This document shows, piece by piece, positions 48,528-61,788 of a DNA stretch of 64,000 bases. The notes beneath the pieces were generated by a model. It saw only the letters and a list, made by a program, of their open reading frames with translations, did not search any database and was not told the origin of the DNA. Source of the stretch: Octopus sinensis (Eukaryota); NCBI RefSeq assembly GCF_006345805.1, contig NC_042998.1, positions 33,604,001-33,668,000 of the forward strand. The letters run 5' to 3'. Each line of letters opens with the position of its first letter. Position 1 is the stretch's first letter. The translations under genes were made by a program, and so were the position numbers.

Positions 48528-49494
48528 GGAATAAATCCAAACTTACAGGGAAAAATCAGATTTAGGATTGAATCCAATTTTATAGTAAAATATTATATTA
48601 TATTAAATTAGAGACAAAACCACTATTAGGCAAATCATACAATTAAAAACTTAAGCCAATACATAAGATTATTTAATTTATATTATTTAAATATATAACA
48701 AAATTATTTAAAAAATATAATTAATATAACACTACCATCGTTTCATGGCTGTTAATTTCTTTAAATTTTCGAGTTACAGTCATTCATCAGGTGGTTTAAA
48801 TATTTATCTTGGCGAGGTTTATATCAGTTAATGTATACAGTATGAAGATACGAATTATTAATACTTTCTTGCTATAAAGATACGTGTCTGGGCAGGTTTT
48901 TATAACACGTCTTGTGTCTCCCAGCAATCTTGAGGCTCTAAGTTCATGGTCTGTTCTATTTCAAAATCAGGACGCTGGTACATGAGAAATCGCGAGAAAA
49001 AAAAAACAGAAAGAAGAATGAAGCAAAAATTGGAAGGGTGAATAAACACTGAAAAAGAAAAATAAAGAAAAGAAGCCATATTTAAAATAGTTGTAAAATA
49101 ATTCACCGGAGAGGGGTCCAAAGTCTGCGAGACAGCTGCTCAATCCGGAGAGGGTCGTGTCCTCCAGTTCACCAGAAAACATAAAAAGAAAGAAAGAAAA
49201 AACAAAGATGAAAATATCCTTTGTGGTATTTGTCCTCATTTTATATTCTGATTTCAAATATCTTTGGGGTCAACATTGCCTTTTATCGTACCGAGTCCGA
49301 TATAGCAAACTCCAGCAGCCAAGTTTTGTATATCGATTTAAGTGACTAAGCCTCTCCCACAAAATTTAAGGCCTTGTGCATATATTAGAAACTATTATAT
49401 ATATATATAGTAGATATCTATAGAATAAAAAAAAGACGAAGACGGTATAAACAAGCAAGTGTATCTGTTTGACGCTCAGGAAGGTGAGAAAGTA

Positions 49495-49528
49495 TTTTAC
49501 GTTTCGAGCCTACGCTCTTCAACAGAAA
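49495..49528 (-). ncRNA. Small hammerhead-like motif with A6>U change
   Basis: Minus strand: ttt-CTGTTGA-A-gagc(gtag)gctc-GAAA-cg-TA-aaa. A related, more decayed copy lies at 13371-13409. Confidence 0.45.
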
Positions 49529-49596
49529 GAAACACGAGGAAATAAGCAGAGAGAGAATTTTTTTTAAAAGTCGTGGATTTAGCAGTCAATCATAGT

Positions 49597-49647
<51 letters not shown>

Positions 49648-49651
<4 letters not shown>

Positions 49652-50886
49652 ACTCCAAGAAAGTTGGAGGTTGTGAATCCAACCCACTAAGGGATAATAT
49701 CTATCCAATATACTGCTGGTAGAATACCCAATTATTAATATACAAGTGTTTTTATTGCATTGCAATTACATTACCTAGTGTACTAAATGGGTGAAGGTAA
49801 AGAGATATTTTACCACTAATTTATAGAGCAATAAGAAAATGGAGGAGAACAATAGGTGGTTCATCAACTTTTAGACATTATATTATGCTAACTTATTTAT
49901 TTATTTACTAAACTGATAATTACAATAATATATATACATATAACATATTGATAATTACAATAATATACATACATATAACATATTATTCTTTACATATAAG
50001 ATATAAGATATAGTAATATTTAGGAGATATAATCTCTAACGAATTCAATGAATAAATTCATCTATTCTAAATATTAATTCTTTAATATAAGTGTCTTTAG
50101 GTGGGATAGGTATGTCCTTCAGTGACGAGTCCATCTTTATTAACTCCATTTATTCAGCAGTATTCATTTTGAGGGTCTACCATACCATACTCAAATGTAC
50201 TCACTCTCATAAGCAATGTTATAAATAATGCAGAGATAGCTTATACATATACAAGTATTAGCAATTGATAGTCCTCATTTAATTATTATTTAACTCCAAG
50301 AAAGTTGGAGGTTGTGAATCCAACCAACCAAGGGATAATATCTATCCATTATACTGCTGATAGAATACCCAATTATTAATACACAAGTGTTTTTTATTGC
50401 ATTGCAATTACATTACCTAGTGTACTAAATGGGTGAAGGTAAAGAGATATTTTACCATTAATTTATATAGCAATAGTGGAGGCGCAATGGCCCAGTGGTT
50501 TGGGCAGCGGACTCGCGGTCATAGGATCGCGGTTTCGATTCCCAGACCGGGCGTTGTGAGTGTTTATTGAGCGAAAACACATAAAGCTCCACGAGGTGAT
50601 CCCTCCGGTGGTGATCCCTGCTGTACTCTTTCATCACAACTTTCTCTCACTCTTTCTTCCTGTTTCTGTTGTACATGTATTTCAAAGGGCAAGCCTTGTC
50701 ACTCTCTGTGTCACGCTGAATATCCCCGAGAACTACGTTAAGGGTACACGTGTCTGTGGAGTGCTCAGCCACTTACACGTTAATTTCACGAGCAGGCTGT
50801 TCGTTGGTCGAATCAACCGGAACCCTCATCGTCGTAACCGACGGAGTGCTTCCCATATAGCAATAAGAAAATGGAGGAGAACAATA
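49648..50886 (-). mobile_element. Internally deleted Penelope-like element: two ~207-bp direct repeats flanking the ORF N-terminus
   Basis: 49648-49854 matches 50289-50475 plus 50855-50886. Between them, the minus strand 50149-50026 reads MELIKMDSSLKDIPIPPKDTYIKELIFRIDEFIH*IR*RLY, like the PLE N-terminal motif SLKNIPIP…Y…LI…E.FI.R+RW. Confidence 0.7.
50476..50854 (+). mobile_element. SINE head A plus tail T1 inserted in the second direct repeat
   Basis: TSD ATATAGCAATA at 50465-75 and 50855-65. The empty site is visible in the first repeat at ~49822-49832. Confidence 0.92.
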
Positions 50887-51269
50887 TGCCTACGCGTGCG
50901 TACACACACGCGCGCGCGCATAATATTATATTTAAAAGAACAGTATGCATACTATCATACATGCAGACATTAACACAAGCAAACTTAAAGACAAATCTTG
51001 GCATTGACCTTCGTTTTTATTGAAAGAATATTTATGGCAAATTTTTCCATGGGAATAATTCGCGATAGTTCCGATAGACGGCCGCTTAGTTTGAAAAGCG
51101 TAAATATGCCGTAAATATTTGAGCGGTCTTGTACGGTTTTCATAAATCCAGACCCACTAATAACCTATTCTCACACATAAAAAAAGTATGAGAGGAAAAT
51201 CGTAACTCATATAAAAGAAACATCATCGCACCGCACGACCTTATTCCTTTAGGTTCTAATTTTATAAAT

Positions 51270-51625
51270 GGAGGCGCAATGGCCCAGTTGTTAGGGCAGC
51301 GGACTCACGGTTATAGGGTCGCGGTTTCGACTCCCAGAGCGTTTATTGAGCGAAAACACCTTAAGGTCCACGTGGCTCCGGCGGGAGGTAGTGGCGAACC
51401 CTGCTGTACTCTTTCACCACAACTTTCTCACACTCTTTCTTCCTGTTTCTGTTGCAACTGTATTTCAAAGGGCCAGCCTTGTCACACTCTGTGTCACGCT
51501 GAATCTCTCCGAGAACTACGTTAAGGGTACACGTGTCTGTGGAATGCTCTGCCACTTGCACGTTAATTTCACAAGCAGTTGATCGGATCAACTGGAGCCC
51601 TCGTCCTCGTAACCAACGGAGTGCC
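51270..51625 (+). mobile_element. SINE head A plus tail T1
   Basis: Matches 58705-59085 with small deletions. Confidence 0.85.
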
Positions 51626-52038
51626 ACGAATTTTAAAAAGCTAACTCGAATGATTAAATAAATACCAGTAATATAACACAGTCAAATATGTTACAGAACT
51701 TAAAGTTCGTCAAATCATACCAATATAACAAGTAAGAAGTACTTGTTTTAAACATCTGCAAATTTCTGCAATTTCGGGGTAGCGTTGAAGTCGTGTACAT
51801 CCACCCCAATGTTAAAGGGTGCATATGTTTATCAATCACGAAAGGACGAAAGGCAAAATCGACCTCAGAACGTTAAAACGGACGAAATGCCGCTAAGCAC
51901 TATCTCATTTTTCCTTTTCTACTCTAGGCACAAGGCCTGAAATTTTGGGAGAGGGGTAAGTTGATCACATCAACTCCAGTATTTGACTGGTAATTAATTT
52001 ATCGACCCCGAAAGGATGAAGGGCAAAATCGACCTCGG

Positions 52039-52085
<47 letters not shown>

Positions 52086-52307
52086 CAAAAATAATAATGA
52101 TTCCAAGTTTTAGCACAGGGCCAGCAATTTTGGTTAAGCGGTTAAGTTAATTCTCTTGACCCCAGTCCTCAACTGGTACTCATTTTATCGATTCCAAAAG
52201 AATGAAAGGTTAAGTTGACCTCAGCAGATTCGAACTCAGAATGTAAAGGTGGATGAAATGCTGCAAAACTTTCTGCTCGGTTTGCTGACAATTCTGCTAG
52301 CTTCCTG

Positions 52308-52362
<55 letters not shown>

Positions 52363-52363
<1 letters not shown>

Positions 52364-52923
52364 CCCTGATGCAGTACCAGACAGTGGCTCTCATGGTTTC
52401 TGATCTTAACTGATTGGAAGTGTTATCATGTACATTGTTTTGTCTTGGTATAAAAGATGGGCTACAGCAAATATCCTGCTCAGTACCACAGATTTGCGTG
52501 TCAGTTGTTTGACCTTAACCAGTTGAGCATGTCCCTTAGTGGCTGACAATATGTGTATCTCTGATCACGAGCAGAAGTAGTGGGGGAGCATCATAGCCGT
52601 GTGTTGAGAGGGATTCTTTGGGGTTTGAATAATTCACCTCTAGAAACATGGGTGTTTCGTTCAACATCCTTAAACAACCCTTATTCGGGGACCTTTTGAG
52701 CGGGATGGGTTACTCGACCAGAAGAAAATTCTAACCGGGCCCCACCTGCAAGGTCATGTGCTGTTTATCTTGATATGAGATCACCATGTCGCGCACATAT
52801 GGTTGTGATGCATGTGCATGTGCCTAGTGTACCCTTATCAGACGGGTAGTCATGATGGGTATACTGGGTTTCGTATATTTTAGCCCAGTGTCACTCTGAT
52901 GGCGTGCACTGCTCTCTCACTCA
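52363..52923. mobile_element. ~560-bp (AAT)n-bounded element (second full copy)
   Basis: Reverse complement of 30923-31475; (AAT)n immediately on both sides. Confidence 0.75.
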
Positions 52924-53261
52924 ATAATGATAATAATAATCCTTTCTACTATAGGTACAAATCCCAAGCACCAGTACTCAGCTGGTACTTATAGTGACCT
53001 TGAACAAATGAATGGCAAAGTCAACCTCGGTGGAATTTGAACTCAGAACATAACGACAAACAATATTAGAAACCAACACTAGCAATATCTTGATTGAAAC
53101 GTATTTAGATCCGCTTGTGCTCCACGTTCTGCAGAACTTTAACTGTAATTATAGAAGCACCAACATTTGTTTCTGTTGTTATAATTAAATGCCAATATAC
53201 AAAAAATGAAATTCAAGTGAGAAATGTTAAAAGTATTAACCAGTCATTTTATAATACTTTC

Positions 53262-53882
53262 TACTATAAGCACAAAGCCTGAAACATTGGCTGGGTGGGG
53301 GTGCAATCGATTACATCAACCCTAGTGTTTGACTAGTACTTATTTTATTGACCCCGAAAGAATGAAAGGCAAAGTCGACGACATTTGAACTCAGAACGTA
53401 AAGACAGGCGAAATACCGCTTCAGCGTTTTGCTCAGCATGCTAACGATTCTGCCAGCCTCACCGCGTATTTCTTTATTATCCACAAGGGGCTAAACACAG
53501 AGGGGACAAACAAGGACAGACAAACGGATTAAGTCGATTACGTCGACCCCAGTGCGTAACTGGTACTTATCTAATCGACCCCGAAAGGATGAAAGGCAAA
53601 GTCGACCTCGGCGGAATTTGAACTCAGAACGTAGCGGCAGACGAAATACCTATTTCTTCACTACCCACAAGAGGCTAAACACAGAGGGGACAAACAAGGA
53701 CAGACAAACGGATTAAGTCGATTACATCGACCCCAGTGCGTAACTGGTACTTAATTTATCGACCCCGAAAGGATGAAAGGCAAAGTAGACCTCGGCGGAA
53801 TTTGAACTCAGAACGTAGCGGCAGACGAAATACCGCTAAGCATTTTGCCAAGCATGCTAACGATTCTGCCGGCTCGCCGCCT
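53262..53882 (-). mobile_element. Array of type D SINE units
   Basis: One older and two young units; junction GACGAAATAC|CTATTTC at 53649/50. Confidence 0.85.
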
Positions 53883-54318
53883 GACCAGTCATACAATGTC
53901 TTAAGAACCCATTTATACTGACGATACAATCTGAAAGTTACTCGTCGCCATTTTGTTCATAGTTTTGCATGACTTGGTAAACTTTCTCTATATTGGTCGG
54001 TTTTTCGCTTGAGCTTGCCGTTTATTATGATCAATTCCTTTCCACTTCGCATTCCCTTTTGCAATATCTCAATCTGGGCCTTCCATGGTTTCTTTTCCCC
54101 TTGCGTATTTCGTAGCGAAGGAGATGTCTGAGGAGTCAGCTGTTGTTCACCCTGTCTCCCAACCAACATAAATTTCTATCAATGAGGATTTCCATCATAG
54201 GAAGTGAACCAGCACACCAGAGAATCTCTTCACTCTTGACCTTCTCAGATATTCATAATTTGTCATGGCTATCTCATCATATGTACCTGTAACTTATCTA
54301 CTTGAGCTTTATTGATTA

Positions 54319-54693
54319 CTAGCAGTATCGCCCGGCGTTGCTCGGGTTTGTTTCGACCCTTTAGAATTGGAATTTTTGAAAAGTAAATATTTTGCATTAT
54401 GTAGTTTGTTATTTTTCTGGTTGAAATACAGCAAAAAATGGCGACACAGCAGTCAAAAAATCGTAAAAAATAGGGATTTTCATAGAAAAAAAGCACCTTT
54501 TTGATGTAAATAATACTTGGTGTTAACATGGTCCGATTTGAATTTTTTCTTCTACAGAAGGAAGAGCAAGTCTTTTTCTATCATACTTTCAATTTTAGTC
54601 AACTTGCGCCGCAGGGTCTCGGAGGAGATAGTGTTAGTTGAAGGCTACCAAACCTGCCATACACAGACAACTTCAGCTTTATATAGAGAGAGA
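54319..54693 (-). mobile_element. Non-autonomous Helitron
   Basis: A|TC…CCCGAGCAACGCCGGG…CTAG|T; sister of 25771-26149. Confidence 0.85.
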
Positions 54694-55004
54694 TCAAGGT
54701 TTCAGCCCCATACAGCAAGGAAGAAAGCACTACAGCTTGTCATACTATACATTTGACCCGTATAGAAACATGCCTATTTTCCCAGAGCGTCTCCTGTAGC
54801 CAGCCAAATGAAACACTAGCTCTGCTCATTCAGTATGTAATTTCCTGGGCCGGCCGTGTATTATATGAGATGGTGCAACCTAAATATTTGAATGCTTTGC
54901 ACTGGACTAGCGTTTTCTTCGATTACAGGGGCAGGTAATCGAAAAGTTTGGTAAAGGCACGAAAACCTAATGTATAATTAAGGAAGGAAAAACAAGGATT
55001 CTTT

Positions 55005-55250
55005 CCGAGCCATAGGCTCATAAGGCCGGCGGGTTTTCCCGGATTCTGTGGCGTATATATTTCTCATCCAACCCCTGAACGGGTCGCCGCTCTGTCGCGG
55101 AATCACTCGCTTTTACCACCTGAGTGAACGAGAGCGATGAGAAATGAAGTGTTTTTCCCAAAAACACAACGTATCGTCTGGTCCAGAAATTGAAATCACA
55201 ATCTTATGATCATATGTGAAACTCCCTAGCCGCTGAACCACGCTCCTCCA
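55005..55250 (-). mobile_element. Head B SINE with Meta-like tail (diverged)
   Basis: Reverse complement of the 57981-58229 family. Confidence 0.7.
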
Positions 55251-55821
55251 CACTGTATGATAAACATTACTCAAATGTCTTAACCAAGGACGCCATGCCA
55301 AATTTAGGTCAGAAAAAAGATACTGCAGGAAGTTTAAATGCATTTTAGATGTTATTCAATGATGTTTGCACTAATATCTTTTACAAAATGTAGCATAAAA
55401 TGTTCTTCTATGTTTATATATGTATGTGTATGAAAGGAAGGAAGAAAGAAAAAAGAAAAAGGAATGAGAGAAAGAAAGAAAAGTGAGGAGGAAGTAAGCG
55501 TTCATCATTATATACCATTTAATACTTATTATCATGTGAAAATATATGTATGTGCGTATACATGATTAGATGCTTAAATGTATACGCAAGAACAGTTTTA
55601 CATTGGTGAGCAAGCGTTTGCATCATAAAATGTATTTGTAGCTGTTTGCGTTTATATACACATAGAGATCTTTGCCGGAGCTTCTAAGTGCATACATTTA
55701 AGGGTGGATATTTCAAACTGGGTGCATACATTTAAGGGTGGATATTTCAAAATAGAGTGATTTATATTTGAACCAAGAGATGGTTACTTATTTATTCGGA
55801 AGCCTGTTCGGTAATGAAATG

Positions 55822-56054
55822 AAGGCGGCGAGCTGGCAGAAACGTTAGCACGCCGGGCGAAGTGCGTAGCCGTATTTCGTCTGCCGTTACGTTCTGAGTT
55901 CAAATTCCGCCGAGGTCGACTTTGCCTTTCATCCTTTCGGGGTCGATAAATTAAGTACCAGTTACGCACTGGGGTCGATGTAATCGACTTAATACCTATG
56001 TCTGTCCTTGTTTGTCCCCTCTGTGTTTAGCCCCTTGTGGGTAATAAAGAAATA
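55822..56054 (+). mobile_element. Full-length type D SINE with 12-bp TSD
   Basis: GGTAATGAAATG at 55810-21 and 56055-66. Confidence 0.92.
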
Positions 56055-56865
56055 GGTAATGAAATGTATCCGTAGTTAAAGCTTATATCAACTGATTTGA
56101 CAGAATAACAGTCTTTGCTATACTAACATGACATTTTTTATTCGGTGTACTATTCATCAGGCCATCCATGAGTAGTTTCAATAGTATATCAGTTTTTCCT
56201 TTCCTATGAGAAGGTGTTGCTAGCACCACGTTCAGTCCTTCCTCTGAAGAAAGAGACAATAAGAGTTTTCTCTTAGGAGCTTCACACACTGGAACGTGCG
56301 CGAGATAATGAACTCGCGGGGGCCAAGGGGTAGAACTTTGGCCTCACGATTCCTGAACTAAGTGGAGCAATATGTCTTTGACAAAATTCTTTATTTCACG
56401 TAACTTTAGTCAGCTCAGCTGAAAAGGAACCCCGGATTTGTTTCCTAGTACCAATTTTCAATAACCATGGGCTGCCTTTAATGGTTCAGTACCCACAAGA
56501 TTTATATTTCTACAGCCACTATAAGATATTTTAACTTAATCAATAGAAATATTTTGTTATTCATCAGAACGCTGTATCAATAGTTGAATCTTGTTAATTT
56601 GCTAAAAAGGAGAAAGGTAGGAGAAAATATAACAGTATTTGAATCACACTGTCCCCTTTACCGCGGGATTAACATCTATTTAACTAGTTGATGAAATGAA
56701 GTAAATGATGGTTCAATTCTGCAATTTGCTGAGCGAATTTGTACGTAATTGGAAGATAGAGAACTTGATGATGAATTCAATCCGTGGGTTTTGAATATGT
56801 CATCATAATGAGATTAGTTTTGAGTTATGAAGGAATTCAGAATCGGATGTGCAGGTATTTAAATA

Positions 56866-57027
56866 TGAACATTATTTACATTATGAACTTTATTTACATT
56901 TGACAGGTATTTGTCCTCATCTTGCTTGTTGATAACACAATGTTTCGGCTGATATACCCTCCAAGCTTTAATCAGGTGTCTTGAGGAAATTTCGAGTCTG
57001 GGTTCTCATTCCTAAGGTATTTTTCGA

Positions 57028-57075
<48 letters not shown>

Positions 57076-57148
57076 GGTCACTGCCTGGAATCGAACTCGG
57101 AATCTTGGGATTAGTAGCCCGCGCTCTTAACCACTACGCCATATGCCC
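56866..57148 (-). mobile_element. Type E SINE (hammerhead-like motif at 56934-56980)
   Basis: Reverse complement of 17874-18302. Core reads CTGATTA…cagcc-GAAA-ca-TT-gtgtt. Confidence 0.85.
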
Positions 57149-57980
57149 AATTATGGAGTGAATTTTCTGAGTCATTTTCTATGAGTTATTAATTATTTCT
57201 TTCTTTGGCAGTCATAGAATATTAGCCAAATATCTTACTATTCTGATTTCAACTTCTATCGAAGTTAACTTTGACTGATATATCTCCAGCTGAGAAAATG
57301 TGTGCCAGTGAAATACAACAGCCAAATAAATTCTGTATTACAGTCGCCTACACAATAATTTACAAATGCCTAAACGTTACAAGCCAATTGCATAAAATTG
57401 GTCAATGCATTAAAAAGTACTAAGAAAATCGTTAGCAAAGAACGATGGTTCGCTTCACACTTACTGCGAAAAAAAAACAAAACAATAAAAAGCTCGCTAT
57501 TTGTATATCAGAAGTTTATAACGGAAGATCAAAAGAAATAATATTGTGTTTTGAACCATCACATTCATATTTCCTAACTGCGAATCACAGCACAGACAAT
57601 CAGATCTATTGATGAGCAAAACCTTTCCCACCAAATGGTCTGTAGAATGTTCTGGAACATTTTTGCCGACGGTATATAAAAAGGCGGGCAAATCTAAGTA
57701 AAAAGAGAGCTGTCAGTTTCTGCAGGAGGTTAAGTCGTTTTTCTCTGTGATGGATTCTTAGTTATTCTGTCTTTGAATATAAATAGCGCTTGAAGACACC
57801 ATACGCAGTATTGTTGGGAATCTCACGAAAAGTTGTTATTTCCTTAACTTAATCAGCATTTGCTAATTATTAATCACTCTTAACAAGACTGTACTGGAGT
57901 GGAAATTAAACATGCAATCTTTAAGGTCAATATGATAACTTATACTTATGTTCTTTAAGAGTAATGTATGTCGTTGTATG

Positions 57981-58229
57981 TGGAGGCGCGTGGCTTAGTG
58001 GTTAGGGTGTTGAACTCATGATCGTAAGGTTGGGATTTCGATTCCTGGACCGGGCGATGCGTTGTGTTCTTGAGCAAAACACTTCATTTCACGTTGTTCC
58101 AGTCCACTCAGCTGGCAAAAATGAGTAATCCTGCGACGGACCGGCGTCCCGTCCAGGTGGGGAATTTCTACGCCACCGAAACCGGGAAACCGGCCCTTAT
58201 GAGCCTAGCATGGCTCGAGAAAGAACATT
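57981..58229 (+). mobile_element. tRNA-headed SINE (head B) with MetaSINE-like domain, 14-bp TSD
   Basis: TSD TATGTCGTTGTATG at 57967-80 and 58230-43. CCTGCGACGGACCGGCGTCCCGTCCAGG…GAAACCGGG resembles the Meta domain as recalled; the superfamily label is unverified. Confidence 0.8.
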
Positions 58230-58704
58230 TATGTCGTTGTATGACAGGTTTCCCTGTGTTTTTGTAACGTTGCTTATTAAAATCTTGTTACGCATTGTGG
58301 TGCGTACTTCTTCTTTGCATTCTTTGCTTTGTTTGCAAGATTCTGCTCGTCGGGAGATTGCTGAAAGAGTGACATGGTTACTCAATGGTTGTTTTAAGCG
58401 AAATGCTGAAATTTTATTTTTTAATTTTGTCGATTATATAAATCCTTTCATCTGAGGAGGAACTTGATTAAAATTCGAATGTGTCAGCAGGTGTTCCTGT
58501 ACTTTAAGAAGTAGGCTTTCAAGGGCATCCGCTTAAATATTTAAGAATAATAGAAAGGGTTGTTCCCTTATTTACAAATGCTTGTTTTCATTATGTAAAT
58601 AGTTCCAACAAAGTTTCAGTTGAGCAGGCGTTTATGCGTATAAACGAAAGAAAATGGTATTCAAGACATCACGCAGAGTTTTTATTCGCATGTTACCTGT
58701 TGTT

Positions 58705-59085
58705 GGTGGAGGCGCAATGGCCCAGTGGTTAGGGCAACGGACTCGCGGTCATAGGATCGCGGTTTCGATGGCGTTGTGAGTGTTTATTGAGCGAAAAACA
58801 CGTAAAGCTCCACGAGGCTCCGGCAGGGGATGGTGGTGATCCCTGCTGTACTCTTTCACCACAACTTTCTCTCACTCTTACTTCCTGTTTCTGTTGTACC
58901 TGTATTTCAAAGAGCCGGCCTTGTCACTTTCTGTGTCACGCTGAATATCCCCGAGAACTACGTTAAGGGTACACGTGTCTGTGGAGTGCTCAGCCACTTA
59001 CACGTTAATTTCACGAGCAGGCTGTTCCGTTGATTCGGATCAACCGGAACCCTCGTCGTCGTAACCGACGGAGTGCTTCCACACA
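58705..59085 (+). mobile_element. SINE head A plus tail T1
   Basis: Full length; flanking CC(T/C)GTTGTT at 58696-704 and 59086-94. Confidence 0.9.
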
Positions 59086-59389
59086 CCCGTTGTTAATATA
59101 AGCATTCATTACACAGTGTTTCATAGGTATATGAAACACGTATCTAATCGTTCAGGAGTTCATTATAAGTGAAGTTTTAGCCACATGAGACTCAAGAGCC
59201 AGTCTCTTAATGATTATTCGCAAATTTGGTTTCTAGTCATCAAGGCAGTTCACGTGAAGGAAATTAGCACAGGGTCCTGTCACGAGATACAATATAGTGA
59301 ACATCTGAATGATTAGACAGGAGTTTCTCCCGCCTTTGAAATTCTGAGTAGTAATAAATGCTTGAATCAACAACTGTTCACCTACATGT

Positions 59390-59444
<55 letters not shown>

Positions 59445-59894
59445 TGTGTGTCTGTGTGTGTGTGTCTGTGTGTCTGTGTGTGTGGGGGGAGGGTGTTTGT
59501 GTGTGTGTGTGTGTTTGTGTGTGTGTGTATAAGTGCGTATCATTTAATACAAACAGTTTTTAAAAACGAGCTACTCATAGTTTCATGCTGTGGAAACACA
59601 ATAATTCATCGGACTTATATATCATGCCTTGTAGTTCCAAGGAATCCTTCAGGTTCGGATACGCAATATGGTTGGTATTATTTGAAAAACCGGGCAAAGA
59701 CGCTGGTCTATAAGAAAACACGAGAAGAATCTAGAGGAAGGTGAATGCAAAACGTCGAATGACAAAAAGCAGAACGAGAACATAGAAATGGAAAATGAAA
59801 GGAAAGAAAACCAAGAGTTTCCTTCCCTTTGTCCGTCAGAATCATAATTAATATATGAGGTGTAGAATGATTCAGAAGGGAGGAGGCTAAAGTC

Positions 59895-60275
59895 TTGTTC
59901 GACGATAGAAATTTATCCATGTTCTTGCCTTTGCTAAAAATTTCAGATCTAGGATTAAGTAGTGTGATGGAATTCATAGATCTAAAAAAGAATGCGAGGC
60001 AGATAACTTGCAGCACTTTAATCCTTTGACAAATGGCGTAGATTTCTCTACGATTTTCAGACCTTCAGATCCCATACATAGCTTTATTCTTGTCCATGAG
60101 CCAGAAAGAAAACTGGTGGCTTGCTTATCTTATTTCAAAAATTGCCTTCGCATAAACCGACGTAAATTTTTCTTTAGGATTTCGTTATTTTGGAACACTG
60201 CAGTGATTTCAGTTTCATGGTCTCGACAGTTACAAGTGGGAGTGAGTCCTTGGTGTTCTAAAATTCTTCTTTTGT
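59895..60275 (-). pseudogene. Penelope-like GIY-YIG remnant (second element)
   Basis: Across frameshifts: KRRILEHQGLTPTCNCRD…KIYVGLCEGNF*…YVWDLK…KIVEKSTPFVKGLKCCKL…TLLNPRSEIFSKGKNMDKFLSSN. Confidence 0.75.
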
Positions 60276-60326
60276 CTGGGTTAAAGCATCTGAAATGGAT
60301 TAATCGTTCGATGTATCGATGACAGT

Positions 60327-60600
60327 TCTAACACCTGTGATCTTGTAGGTCTCTATATATTAGATACACTGATACCGAAGTTCCCATCTCATGTTATTGC
60401 TCTGTAACCGGACGATGGTTTGGGCATAATCTCATGACTGTGATAGACTTACACTCGATAAATTTCATAACAATCTCATTTATACATCTTGTCAATTAAG
60501 CTCCAAAACTTACTGTAATCGCTAATTTATCTAAAGTGGATTTGTTAGACGTTTCCTTAGACTTAAACTTGTACTCTAATAAGTCTTATTATAAAACAGT
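60327..60600 (+). pseudogene. Penelope-like reverse transcriptase remnant
   Basis: CDLVGLYILDTLIPKFPSHVIAL*PDDGLGII (cf. PLE CELVGL…GLYRDDGL), then VDLLDVSLDLN…YYK (cf. VDFLDVTLDL…PY.KP). Confidence 0.75.
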
Positions 60601-60735
60601 ATTAGCATTAAAAGGTAATCTCCATCTAATTTCACGTTATTGGCCTTCAGAAATTCTCTCATATAGACGATTTGTGCATAAAAGCATACACATAGATCAT
60701 GCCAGACGAAAATCGTTTGCGATGGGCGTTGGAAG

Positions 60736-60779
60736 TCCCATATCACGTTGTTTCATTCTACTAGAACTCATCAGTAGGA
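60736..60779 (-). ncRNA. Minimal type I hammerhead-like motif next to the PLE remnant
   Basis: Minus strand: tccta-CTGATGA-gttct(agt)agaat-GAAA-caacgtga-TA-tggga. Stem III is an imperfect palindrome. Confidence 0.55.
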
Positions 60780-60899
60780 GGCATCCGATCACCACATCAT
60801 ATATGTGTGTGTGTGTAAGATCCAAGGATCGGGGTATCGGGGTGTAAGAAGAAGATGAGCTTCATGCAATCAACAGAAAATATAAAAAACGACTTTCAA

Positions 60900-61788
60900 G
60901 AACAATAGTGTTTTACTGAGGCAGAAGGTTGTGGATTTTTTCCCGCTTTCTGGTAAGCAAGAATTTGTCAGAAGGCCTCCAAGAAAGCAAATCGACTCAC
61001 GTTACACGATGAAAACAGTGAAGTTTGGGGATAAGAGTCTGATGCTTTGGGGATACATAAAAAGTGATGGCTCAAGAAAGTTGGTTAAAATTGACGGTAA
61101 CTTGAACAGTGCCAAATACATCCAGTTGCAAGAGGACAATTTGATACCAGACTTAGATGAAGGTGAGACTTTTCAGCATGACGGAACTTCATGTCACAGA
61201 TCGTGTGCAACACAATAGAGTCTGGCTGATGGAGGCGTTACCGTATTGAAAGATTGGCCAGCTCAGAGCCCTGACTTATAAATCATCAGGCAAATGTGAA
61301 CAGAACTAAAGAGAAGAATTCGTCAGAAAAATCCACGCATCTTGAAGAGCTGTGGGAGCTCAGCCACAAAGAATGGTATCCGATGCCTGTGAAGATAGTG
61401 AAGAGTGTACGCATCTCTTTCCAGGCACATTAAAGCGATTATTTAAGCTAAAGGAAGCCAAGACGAAATATTAACATTGTACAGTAACTTCTTGAAATGA
61501 ATCATTATGTAATAAATTTTCGTTATAGACATTTTTTATGTTTTAAAACTCTGTATCTTGATTGGTTTATGTGAGGTGGCCGAAAACTTGTGCACAGCCA
61601 TTTTTGGTGGTCGTCTCGCATCTTCCCCTCTCATTCAGAAGCCCTACTATAAAATATAACGATTAGATATGGAAATGACTCCAATAGGGCCAACGTTTCA
61701 TCTGTAAAAAAATACAATGCGAAACATCCACTTGGCAATTAGAAGTTTATAATAGTTTAAAGTGGCCGAATACTTTTGCACGATACTG
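60900..61788 (+). mobile_element. Tc1-family transposon fossil (DDE region plus right IR/DR-type end)
   Basis: FVRRP…DSRYTMKTVKFG…LWGYIKSDG…GNLNSAKY…FQHDG…CH…DWPAQSPDL with stops. End motif GTGGCCGAATACTTTTGCACGATACTG|TA at 61762-61790; inner repeat at 61576-61595. Confidence 0.85.

Noticed and set aside
48734-48795. CTGATGA…stem II…GAAAC motif on the minus strand
   Set aside because: The UH cleavage dinucleotide is missing between GAAACG and stem I, so at best this is a dead remnant and it is not called as a hammerhead.
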